Assembly: GCA_024405415.1 (NCBI GenBank)
Contig: JAKSOV010000001.1
Span: 16,685-80,684, forward strand
Direction: 5' to 3'
DNA: 64,000 nt
From: Akkermansia sp.
Lineage (GTDB): Bacteria > Verrucomicrobiota > Verrucomicrobiia > Verrucomicrobiales > Akkermansiaceae
Below are positions 10,057 to 20,213 of this stretch, piece by piece. Every line of letters starts with the position of its first letter. Within the stretch, counting starts at the first letter, position 1. The position numbers were made by a program, and so were the translations under genes. Below the pieces are notes generated by a model, which worked only from the letters and a program-made list of their open reading frames with translations, did no database searches and had not been told where the DNA came from.

Positions 10057-10443
10057 TTAGTCATCCAAAAGACCCGCCTCTTGGAAAAGTTGGACTAAGC
10101 GTTTTGCTGTTGCTTTATCGATTTGCAGAGTCTGGCTTGTTTTTCGCATATTGTTGTCTTGCCGCTCATCACTCCCGAACATATTGATTTGGAGTATCGA
10201 GTTTTTTGAAATGATGTATTCGGAGACAACAGGTTTGTGCACTGACTTAATGCAGTCTGATGATTTAGTGAAATTGTCTAAGCGGATTCGTGCCATGTGT
10301 GTAGGGGTAACGCTCATTCTATACCCGGAGATAAAGGGAAAGTCAAGTCTCACTTTGGATTCTTGCCGATTCCTGGAAAAAATCTTCTTGATGAGGCTAA
10401 CAGCATCCGGTACGCTGTCGCTATGGAAGCCTATACCATCCAT
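10057..10443 (-). CDS. Small hypothetical protein, C-terminal HTH-like segment
   Basis: Maximal ORF is 128 aa. TTGACT-17-TATAGA on the minus strand (10318-10346) suggests the real start is MARIRLDNF at 10296 (79 aa). The C-terminus QIDKATAKRLVQLFQEAGLL looks like a winged-helix recognition segment. Confidence 0.35.
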   Translation of the reverse strand: MDGIGFHSDSVPDAVSLIKKIFSRNRQESKVRLDFPFISGYRMSVTPTHMARIRLDNFTKSSDCIKSVHKPVVSEYIISKNSILQINMFGSDERQDNNMRKTSQTLQIDKATAKRLVQLFQEAGLLDD

Positions 10444-10791
10444 TTGAAAGAACCGCTGATTATCCCTAAAAATCTGGATGAAAACTTCCTTTTCATGGTT
10501 GACTCATCTCTGGTGCAACTCTGGCCGCAGATAGTACGCCTGTGCGAGATAGAGAAGCTGTCGCTACAATCAGCAACGGAGCGAATGGTAACTCTCGACC
10601 CGCTGCATCTAGGCATGCCCGAATGGTACTTTTACAAAATGCGATGCCTTCTGCGGGCGTATTTTCTGGGTGATGAGGTGATGACTCTTCCTGTAGAAGT
10701 TGTTCGTCAGGAGGGAAACTGCAGCAGGTTCACATTTGAGGAGTCGAGACAACTAGGAACAATGCTGCTCCATGTGGTACAGCTTGCTTGA
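10423..10791 (+). CDS. Hypothetical protein, weak paralog of the 9457-10038 product
   Basis: ORF 10297-10791. The internal start MEAYTIHLKEP at 10423 avoids overlap with the divergent gene. No recognisable domain. Confidence 0.4.
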   Translation: MEAYTIHLKEPLIIPKNLDENFLFMVDSSLVQLWPQIVRLCEIEKLSLQSATERMVTLDPLHLGMPEWYFYKMRCLLRAYFLGDEVMTLPVEVVRQEGNCSRFTFEESRQLGTMLLHVVQLA

Positions 10792-10825
10792 ATTCGGGGA
10801 TCCGGGGTATAGCGTTTTTCGTTTC

Positions 10826-12157
10826 TTAAATGGAACGGATAAATAGACTATATTGAATCCACTGTTTAAGAAATTTTGCAGTGCTGGATATATGCGACAT
10901 CAGGAACCAGTCATCCTCATTCTTAAAAAATGAATCCTCCTTATTAGTGCCTTGAGCAAGATAATAATCAATGACTTGTTGAAGCTCTATGTATTTCATA
11001 CTTGGTGAAGTGAAAATTCTTAAATCGCATGTCTTTAACCCAAGCCGCTCAAATAGCTCGTGCGTACTTATTGATTTTTCTGCTAGCTGAAACGCTGTAT
11101 CTGTATCGAAGGAAATTAGATATGAAATAATGACGATGATATATAAAGATGCGTTTGAAATGTTTTCTAAGGAGTCTATGTTATTTAGCTTTAGAAGATG
11201 GGTTATAGTCCTTACCCAACTTTCTATTTCTCTAAGCTGTAATTTTTTCTTTTTAATAATCGCGAGAATGAGGTCTGGCAACCCCATAGGCTCTGTAAAG
11301 TTATAGTTGTTATGTAGCAAGTAGAAAAAATATTGGCAGTTGTAATCTCTCGTATTCCTATGTTCAAGTGCAATTTCGGGTAATTGAAGAGTCGTCTTTA
11401 TAAATTTATTAAGATATGTTTCAGCATTATTTTCTCTTAAACCATGAGTGCTGCAGATTGAATCAATTAGGGAGTGCTTGTTCATAATCAAAATGAACTT
11501 GCAATCTTTGCTCGTAAATAGGTGCTTAATTGTTTCAAGCATTTGTAAAGCAAATCCTGGGCGACACCTATCTAATTCGTCTATGATTACTATTAGTTCT
11601 TTATCTCTTCTGGCAAGGTCTAGCAATTCTTTTGCTGTGTCAATTCGAAGCCTATCCGTTCCTGCTGCCTGTAAGAAATCCTTGAATTGCTGTAATGTGG
11701 GATTTTCTGCTTTCTCCTGCGCTTTGCTAGTTGCTTCAGAAATCCCTTTTAAATCAAGTCCTGATCCGATGTGGATGATTTGGTTTGCCAATTCTTTCGT
11801 TGCGGCTATAGCCATCGCACTGCACAGCTTAAATCCAGCTTTCGTGAATTGCTCATGCTCTTTAGCGTCCGTTTCCGAATAAAGATTTGCTACAAAAAGG
11901 GGAAGAGGGTCTGCGGCGTAGTCAAAGATAGACGCATTCCAGTAAATGCATTTGTGCGTTTTTTCGTGATTCTCATTGAGGTATTTCATCATGCGCATGG
12001 CATGGGTGCTTTTTCCTGCCCCCCACGGACCTTGCAAGACAACGGGAGATATTGCCTCAGCAGGAGCGGAACAAATAAGTTCGCACATTGATTGCGCGAT
12101 TGCTTCACGTTTAAAAATATCTTCGGGTAGTTCGATGACTTGTGTCTCGTTTGGCAT
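10826..12157 (-). CDS. KAP-family P-loop NTPase (soluble)
   Basis: AT-rich. Walker A VLQGPWGAGKSTHAMRM and the KAP signature IVIIDELDRCRPGFALQMLETIKHLF. The ORF extends to 12223, but that stretch is the groEL terminator hairpin, so MPNETQV at 12157 is preferred. Confidence 0.8.
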   Translation of the reverse strand: MPNETQVIELPEDIFKREAIAQSMCELICSAPAEAISPVVLQGPWGAGKSTHAMRMMKYLNENHEKTHKCIYWNASIFDYAADPLPLFVANLYSETDAKEHEQFTKAGFKLCSAMAIAATKELANQIIHIGSGLDLKGISEATSKAQEKAENPTLQQFKDFLQAAGTDRLRIDTAKELLDLARRDKELIVIIDELDRCRPGFALQMLETIKHLFTSKDCKFILIMNKHSLIDSICSTHGLRENNAETYLNKFIKTTLQLPEIALEHRNTRDYNCQYFFYLLHNNYNFTEPMGLPDLILAIIKKKKLQLREIESWVRTITHLLKLNNIDSLENISNASLYIIVIISYLISFDTDTAFQLAEKSISTHELFERLGLKTCDLRIFTSPSMKYIELQQVIDYYLAQGTNKEDSFFKNEDDWFLMSHISSTAKFLKQWIQYSLFIRSI

Positions 12158-12184
12158 GGTGGTAGGAGGGAGGTGAATAGTAAG

Positions 12185-12228
12185 TTTAAAATCAATGCGG
12201 GGTGTCCATCGGGTGATGGACACCCCGC
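12185..12228 (-). terminator. groEL rho-independent terminator
   Basis: On the minus strand: GCGGGGTGTCCATC-ACCC-GATGGACACCCCGC, followed by ATTGATTTTAAA. Confidence 0.65.
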
Positions 12229-12280
12229 GAAAGGGTTAGTTAGGCTGTGACTTGGATTTATGAAACCGTGCCTGCGGCAC

Positions 12281-14037
<1,757 letters not shown>

Positions 14038-14322
14038 TTAGTCAATGACGGCGAGAATATCGCTCTCGTTCAGGATGACATAGGTCGTGCCGCCGTAAGT
14101 GACTTCCGTGCCGCCGTATTTGGTGATGAGCACCTTGTCGTTGACGGCGACATTGAAGTTGATGGGGTTGCCGTCCTTGTCGTGACCGCCCGTGCCGAGC
14201 GCACGAACAACAGCCTCCTGCGGCTTCTCCTTAGCGGTATCCGGCAGGAAAAGACCGCCGGCGGTTTTCGTTTCAGCTTCCACGCGCTCCACGAGCACAC
14301 GCTGTCCAATCGGTTTAATCAT
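14038..14322 (-). CDS. groES: Co-chaperonin GroES
   Basis: 94 aa. MIKPIGQRVLVERVEAETKTAGGLFLPDTAKEKPQEA... Confidence 0.97.
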   Translation of the reverse strand: MIKPIGQRVLVERVEAETKTAGGLFLPDTAKEKPQEAVVRALGTGGHDKDGNPINFNVAVNDKVLITKYGGTEVTYGGTTYVILNESDILAVID

Positions 14323-14385
14323 AATAGTGTGTTGTTTGGTTTAGTTGTTGAGTTGTATAAAGAAGATAAAAGAAAAATGTGTTGT

Positions 14386-15066
14386 TTAATTTGTGCCGTT
14401 TTTAATAATTTTCATTGTGTTGTCAATGTATTTTCGTGGCTCTCCAGAAACAGAATTTCGCAGTAGAGATAATGAATTTTGAATTTCCTTTTGGGGAATG
14501 CAATCAAAGCGATGCCAAAGTAACTCGTAATGATGAATTCTGCTTCCTTCTATGTACGCTTCAGTATCTTGGAAATAAATGGGAAGATCTTTTGCGTCTT
14601 CTTCTGCCGAATGGTGAACTACAACACCATAATACTTCGTGCTTTCCTGAAGTTGAAATGCGTCAATGAGTGCTTGTCCGAAAAACAACTGCTTTGTAGT
14701 ATCACAAGTTATCTTGCCTTTAGCAATGGCTCCCTTCATTGGTATTTTTTCACCAATAGCATAGCGCATAATGTCCAGCGTAACGTTGGATAAAGAGATT
14801 AGGCTTTTGCGTGAGTCATTTTTGCTGAAAATAACTATGCTGTCAGAAAAAAGACTAATTTGTAGTCCTTCTTCTTTGTGTGATTCCATGGATTCTGAAA
14901 TCTTTTTTTGCAAACCTTGGAGAGTGTTCAATACTTGAGCATGCGTGCTTCTGGCTACTCTATCTTTAAATCCTAGTATATCTAAAAATGCGACAAAACG
15001 GGAACATGTAATAGGTGCGCGCCCTTTTACAATAATAGGAGAGGATGTCCCAGATGTTTCTTGCAT
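14386..15066 (-). CDS. Palm-domain nucleotidyl-cyclase-like protein (class III cyclase / GGDEF / minimal Cas10-polymerase-like; tentative)
   Basis: AT-rich. Three motifs are spaced as in cyclase palm domains: AFLDILGFKDRV, ISLFSDSIVIFS and MKGAIAKGKI. The start MQETSG at 15066 lies 1 nt after the stop of the upstream GIY-YIG gene. The longer ORF to 15186 would overlap that gene by 118 nt. Confidence 0.45.
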   Translation of the reverse strand: MQETSGTSSPIIVKGRAPITCSRFVAFLDILGFKDRVARSTHAQVLNTLQGLQKKISESMESHKEEGLQISLFSDSIVIFSKNDSRKSLISLSNVTLDIMRYAIGEKIPMKGAIAKGKITCDTTKQLFFGQALIDAFQLQESTKYYGVVVHHSAEEDAKDLPIYFQDTEAYIEGSRIHHYELLWHRFDCIPQKEIQNSLSLLRNSVSGEPRKYIDNTMKIIKNGTN

Positions 15067-15067
15067 A

Positions 15068-15367
15068 TTATTCAACGGTGTTTTGTGTAATGACGTAGCA
15101 ATAAACAATTTTTGCAGAGTCATCGCCACCTCCTGGTGCTCCTCGCATACCGCGTTTTTGATAAATCTTTTCAATCTCTCTAGCAACAGTAGATGATTGA
15201 GCTGTGCGATAAATCCACCACATGCCTTCGCGTTTTACGTTGTGCTCATGGAACAATCTTCTGTTGATGTCGGCAGTTACGCCAACATAAAATTCGGAAT
15301 AATATGTTTTTCCGCTCTTATTTATGTGCTCGTCGAAATCTTGTATGATTTCTTCTTTCGTTTTCAT
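15068..15367 (-). CDS. Small GIY-YIG (URI) nuclease-domain protein
   Basis: 99 aa, AT-rich. KTYYSEFYVGVTADINRRLFHEHN followed by AREIEKIYQKRG fits the GIY-YIG core pattern. Confidence 0.55.
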   Translation of the reverse strand: MKTKEEIIQDFDEHINKSGKTYYSEFYVGVTADINRRLFHEHNVKREGMWWIYRTAQSSTVAREIEKIYQKRGMRGAPGGGDDSAKIVYCYVITQNTVE

Positions 15368-15455
15368 GGCGAAATGTTATTTGTTTTAAGTTCGGCGCGG
15401 CCGGAGGCCGCGCGTTACTTAAATGATTTGTACATTGTACTTCGTACTTTGTACA

Positions 15456-15457
<2 letters not shown>
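15368..15457. repeat. GC hairpin plus 4 x heptamer block abutting the dnaK stop
   Basis: AAGTTCGGCGCGGCCGGAGGCCGCGCGTTACTTAAATGA, then TTTGTAC-ATTGTAC-TTCGTAC-TTTGTAC. A near-identical heptamer block occurs at 58462-58494. Confidence 0.75.
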
Positions 15458-17378
<1,921 letters not shown>

Positions 17379-17436
17379 CTATTGGTTTGTTGTTAATAAG
17401 TGGGGCGACTCACACGGAGCCGTACACTTCCCTTGT

Positions 17437-17452
17437 TGCAAACGCTGTGCCA
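17437..17452 (-). promoter_or_regulatory. Sigma-54 (RpoN) -24/-12 promoter upstream of dnaK
   Basis: The minus strand reads TGGCAC-AGCGT-TTGCA, an exact fit to TGGCAC-N5-TTGCW. It lies ~70 nt upstream of the dnaK ATG in the correct orientation. Confidence 0.6.
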
Positions 17453-17480
17453 AAAGTACAACGGTGACACTGTTGCACTG

Positions 17481-17493
17481 CAAATCGTTGATT
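17481..17493 (-). promoter_or_regulatory. IHF consensus site between the upstream palindromes and the -24 element
   Basis: The minus strand reads AATCAACGATTTG, which matches WATCAANNNNTTR. It is centred ~35 nt upstream of the -24 box. Confidence 0.4.
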
Positions 17494-17561
17494 ATCAAGA
17501 GAAATAGGAAAGTGTGGCCCATAAAGGCTTTCAAACTCGCCACAGGGCGGATATGTAGGCG

Positions 17562-17620
17562 TGCGGCAAAATGCCGCATTCGGACAAAATGCCGCAGGCT
17601 GAGTGCGGCAAAATGCCGCA
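17562..17620. promoter_or_regulatory. Candidate enhancer (UAS) array: TGCGGCA-AAA-TGCCGCA palindromes
   Basis: Two perfect 17 bp palindromes (17562-17578 and 17604-17620, centres 42 bp apart) flank one degenerate copy (17579-17596). The array lies ~110-170 nt upstream of the -24 element. Confidence 0.5.
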
Positions 17621-17623
17621 GGT

Positions 17624-17700
17624 GCAGGCAAGTAGGATTTTAATCCTACTTGCCTGCGCGCGCGTGCCAAAAGGATGAATTAAAAATTCATCCTTTTGGC
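17624..17700. other. Two adjacent perfect long hairpins
   Basis: 17624-17657: 15 bp perfect stem GCAGGCAAGTAGGAT, loop TTTA. 17666-17700: 16 bp perfect stem GCCAAAAGGATGAATT, loop AAA. No U-tract on either strand. Confidence 0.85.
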
Positions 17701-18042
17701 GGGGGAAAATCAAATATTCTGCTTGTCTCGCTTTGCCTGTTTGTATACACTTTGTTCGCTTTTCCGCCGACTTGCCGCAAGGAGGGTGCTTCGTCACTCA
17801 TCAGCGGAGAGCACCGACCTAATCTGCTGAGGTGACGTTGCCACATAGGATAACGGAACAACACATGCAAGGTCGGTGGAGACTGATAATATGTCATTGA
17901 AGACAATAGTAGAGTTCTGCATTCTGCTCCTGGAGATACTGCTGTTTTTCCTTGGGGTGAAGTAAGGCTCCGCGCGGTCGGGCTGCAACTCGGCCGCGCG
18001 TTATCTCTTAAACAAAATCGTACGGACTTCCTTTTCGGGGGA

Positions 18043-18070
18043 TTGACAAAAGGCGGGAATGTGGTATGAT
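18043..18070 (+). promoter_or_regulatory. Near-consensus sigma-70 promoter with extended -10 and no ORF downstream
   Basis: TTGACA-16 nt-TGgTATGAT. Confidence 0.55.
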
Positions 18071-18076
18071 TCCCTC

Positions 18077-18150
18077 ATCAAGTCATAGATGACCTCTGAA
18101 CAGTCTCCACGGAACCCCTGATGTTGCAGCATCGGGGGTTCTTTCTTTTT
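18077..18150 (+). ncRNA. Candidate small RNA (~74 nt) defined by a promoter-terminator pair
   Basis: The predicted TSS is ~7 nt after the -10 box. There is a short hairpin GTCAT-AG-ATGAC. The terminator is GAACCCCTGATG-TTGCAG-CATCGGGGGTTC (12 bp, one G.U pair) followed by TTTCTTTTT. No ATG lies at the TSS and no plausible ORF follows. Confidence 0.45.
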
Positions 18151-18157
18151 GGGCGGC

Positions 18158-18520
18158 TCACACGCTGCCGCAGTAGCTGCCGTTGGCGGAGTAGATAACG
18201 GCGTGGCCGTTCGGGGAGTGGCAGATGACGAGTCCGCGGACGACTTGGATGCGGGTGCAGCCGCTTGCGTGGAGGGTGCCGCGGTAGGAGCCGCTTGCGT
18301 CATAGAGGGTGATGGTGCCGTTGCTGAGGAGCACGGCAATCGTGCTGCCGTCCGTCTGTGCGTCTACGGCGTTGCCGGAGCCGCTGATGGTGCCGCGGTA
18401 AGAGCCGCCTGCATCATAGGCGCAGACATTGCCGTCCCTGATGGTGAGGGCGGCGACACCTTCCGCGAGGGCGGGCAGCGCCGCGAGGCAGAGCAGAGCG
18501 GGGAGGACAAGGCGCTTCAT
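18158..18520 (-). CDS. Small secreted repeat protein
   Basis: Start MKRLVLPALLCLAALPALAEG (signal peptide). Three YDA(G/S)GSYRGT-type repeats. The longer ORF start at 18586 lies upstream of the predicted promoter. Confidence 0.6.
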   Translation of the reverse strand: MKRLVLPALLCLAALPALAEGVAALTIRDGNVCAYDAGGSYRGTISGSGNAVDAQTDGSTIAVLLSNGTITLYDASGSYRGTLHASGCTRIQVVRGLVICHSPNGHAVIYSANGSYCGSV

Positions 18521-18526
18521 GCCGCT

Positions 18527-18555
18527 AGCGTAGCATGCGGCGGCGGGGATGGCAA
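18527..18555 (-). promoter_or_regulatory. Sigma-70-like promoter, leaderless configuration
   Basis: Minus strand: TTGCCA-17-(TGc)TACGCT-6 nt-ATG(18520). Confidence 0.45.
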
Positions 18556-18610
18556 GTCGAATGCTTTCCCTACCGCAGTCTATCAATCACCTGTAGCACG
18601 TGATTCGCGC

Positions 18611-18639
18611 TTGCATGGGGGCGGGCGGGCGCGTAGAAT
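18611..18639 (+). promoter_or_regulatory. Sigma-70-like promoter, leaderless configuration
   Basis: TTGCAT-17-TAGAAT-7 nt-ATG(18647). Confidence 0.5.
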
Positions 18640-18646
18640 GACGCGT

Positions 18647-20209
18647 ATGAAGATGAACCGTTCCTTGCTCCCCGTGTTGGCTGTGGGGCTGCCCCTGTCG
18701 GCGGCGGATTTCGCAACAGGTATCCGCGCGGTGTTGCCGCCCGCGGAGAAGGCCGAGGCTCCCGCACCCGCTGCGGCTCCTGCGGAAGCGCCCGCGGCTC
18801 CTGCGGATGCGGCGCCGGAAACACCCGCCCCTGAGGCGAGCACGGCCATGGCCAAGCCGGAGCTGAGCTACACGGATGACGCTGGCCCTGCGGCGGATGT
18901 GACGCCCGCGGCGCATGCCGAGGAGTACAAGCGCTTCTGCTCGATGCTCAAGGAACAGGCGGAAAAGAATCTCTACGACTTCTGCCCCGCGATGGAGCTG
19001 GTGCTCAAGGCTACGAACGATCCCTTTGCCGTGGATGCGTGGATGGACAAGGCCGCCAAGGAGGGCTATTCGGCCGCGCAGCAGTTCATGGCGGACAAGC
19101 GCCTGGTGAACGTTCGCATGGATGAGCTGCAGGCGGCGGATGTGAAGGCGGCCTACGCGCTGGCCCGCAAGGCGGCGGATGCGGGCTATGACCCCGCCAA
19201 GGTGAACGTCTACATGTGCCTCAGGAGCGGCGTGGGCGTGGCGAAGGATGAGAAGGGGGCGGAGAAATACATTCTCAATGCCTGCAAAGGCGGGGGCTTT
19301 ATCCCGCGTTTCAAGTGGATGCAGCTCAGCGGTCGCCTGACGACGTTCGATGACCGCGAACGCGCGGAGGTGAAGGCGGAGCTGGAGCGCAAGAACGACC
19401 ACGTGGCCTACTACATCGCCCAGCTGGCCCCCACGGCGGCTGACAAGGTGGATTGGTATCGCAAGGCGGCGGAGCTGGGCAATGCGGAGGCGCTTTACGC
19501 GCTCTCCGTGATGGTGACGGAGCGCGACCCCAAGGCGGGTTTTGAGCTGCTGAAGGAGGCGATTAAGCACCACAGCTCGGACGCCATGCTGGACCTCGCC
19601 ACGGCGCTGACGGAGGGCGATCCGAATGCCCTTGTCATGAAACAGGCGGGCATCGGCCACGATGATGTAACGGGCCGACACCTGGCGAAACTGGCGGGCA
19701 TGCTCGGCAATGCGAAGGCTTGTTTCTGGCTGGGCCACGTGTACCACGACGGTGTGTACGGCCTGAAGAAGGATGACGCGCTCGCCTACCGTTGGTTTGA
19801 AAAGGGCGCGTTGGCGGGTAGTCTCGCCTGCGGCACCTCGCAGGGCGTCATGCTGCTGACGGGGCTGGGCACCGAGCAGCAGGTGAAGCAGGGGCTCGCC
19901 CACCTGAACGCCGCGGCTAATGCCGGTTCGCCTCATGCGGTGGTCGGTCTGGCCTATGCTCTTTATAACGGGCTGGGGACGGACAAGAACGCCCGCAAGG
20001 CGGCGGAGATTTTGCAGGAGGCTGCGGCCATGGGCAACCCCGAGGCCTACATTTATCTCGCTTACATCACGGCGAAGGGCGGGGCTGATTTGCCCGCCGA
20101 TGCCAAGCGTGCGGAGCGTTATGTGCGTCTCGCTGCGCTGGATATGAAGGACGAGGCTAAGCAGATGTACGAGAAGCTGCTGGCCGAGGGCTGGACCTTG
20201 GAACCCTGA
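18647..20209 (+). CDS. Sel1-repeat (TPR-like) protein with signal peptide
   Basis: MKMNRSLLPVLAVGLPLSAADF, an Ala/Pro-rich linker, then multiple Sel1-type repeats (e.g. GNAKACFWLGHVYHDGVYGLKKDDALAYRWFEKGA). The ORF is open from 18149, but that part overlaps the opposite-strand gene and the promoter. Confidence 0.85.
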   Translation: MKMNRSLLPVLAVGLPLSAADFATGIRAVLPPAEKAEAPAPAAAPAEAPAAPADAAPETPAPEASTAMAKPELSYTDDAGPAADVTPAAHAEEYKRFCSMLKEQAEKNLYDFCPAMELVLKATNDPFAVDAWMDKAAKEGYSAAQQFMADKRLVNVRMDELQAADVKAAYALARKAADAGYDPAKVNVYMCLRSGVGVAKDEKGAEKYILNACKGGGFIPRFKWMQLSGRLTTFDDRERAEVKAELERKNDHVAYYIAQLAPTAADKVDWYRKAAELGNAEALYALSVMVTERDPKAGFELLKEAIKHHSSDAMLDLATALTEGDPNALVMKQAGIGHDDVTGRHLAKLAGMLGNAKACFWLGHVYHDGVYGLKKDDALAYRWFEKGALAGSLACGTSQGVMLLTGLGTEQQVKQGLAHLNAAANAGSPHAVVGLAYALYNGLGTDKNARKAAEILQEAAAMGNPEAYIYLAYITAKGGADLPADAKRAERYVRLAALDMKDEAKQMYEKLLAEGWTLEP

Positions 20210-20213
20210 GCGC

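Noticed and set aside
10790-10807. Adjacent EcoRI and BamHI sites (GAATTCGGGGATCCGGGG) that look like a cloning polylinker.
   Set aside because: It is a single short occurrence with no other vector-like sequence on either side. It is compatible with chance in a convergent intergenic spacer.
14323-14385. CIRCE (HrcA) operators or sigma-32-type promoters upstream of groES and dnaK.
   Set aside because: There is no TTAGCACTC-N9-GAGTGCTAA-like inverted repeat and no convincing CTTGAAA/CCCCAT pair in either upstream region. A partial GGCAC at 14391-14395 (minus strand) lacks a -12 TTGC.
17562-17700. The tandem palindromes and hairpins upstream of dnaK as a CRISPR array.
   Set aside because: There are only 2-3 short (17 nt) units with irregular 18/24 nt spacing and no unique spacers of constant length. 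There are no cas genes. The two long hairpins are unrelated in sequence.
18149-18646. Extended N-termini of maximal ORFs, e.g. 18149 (Sel1 protein), 38009, 37043, 54027, 48283, 47511, 40503, 12223, 63288, 28311 (TTG).
   Set aside because: The extensions overlap opposite-strand genes, terminators or the predicted promoters, and are Arg/Pro/Gly-rich. Internal ATGs give canonical N-termini (signal peptides, lipoboxes, conserved family starts) and fit the leaderless promoter geometry.
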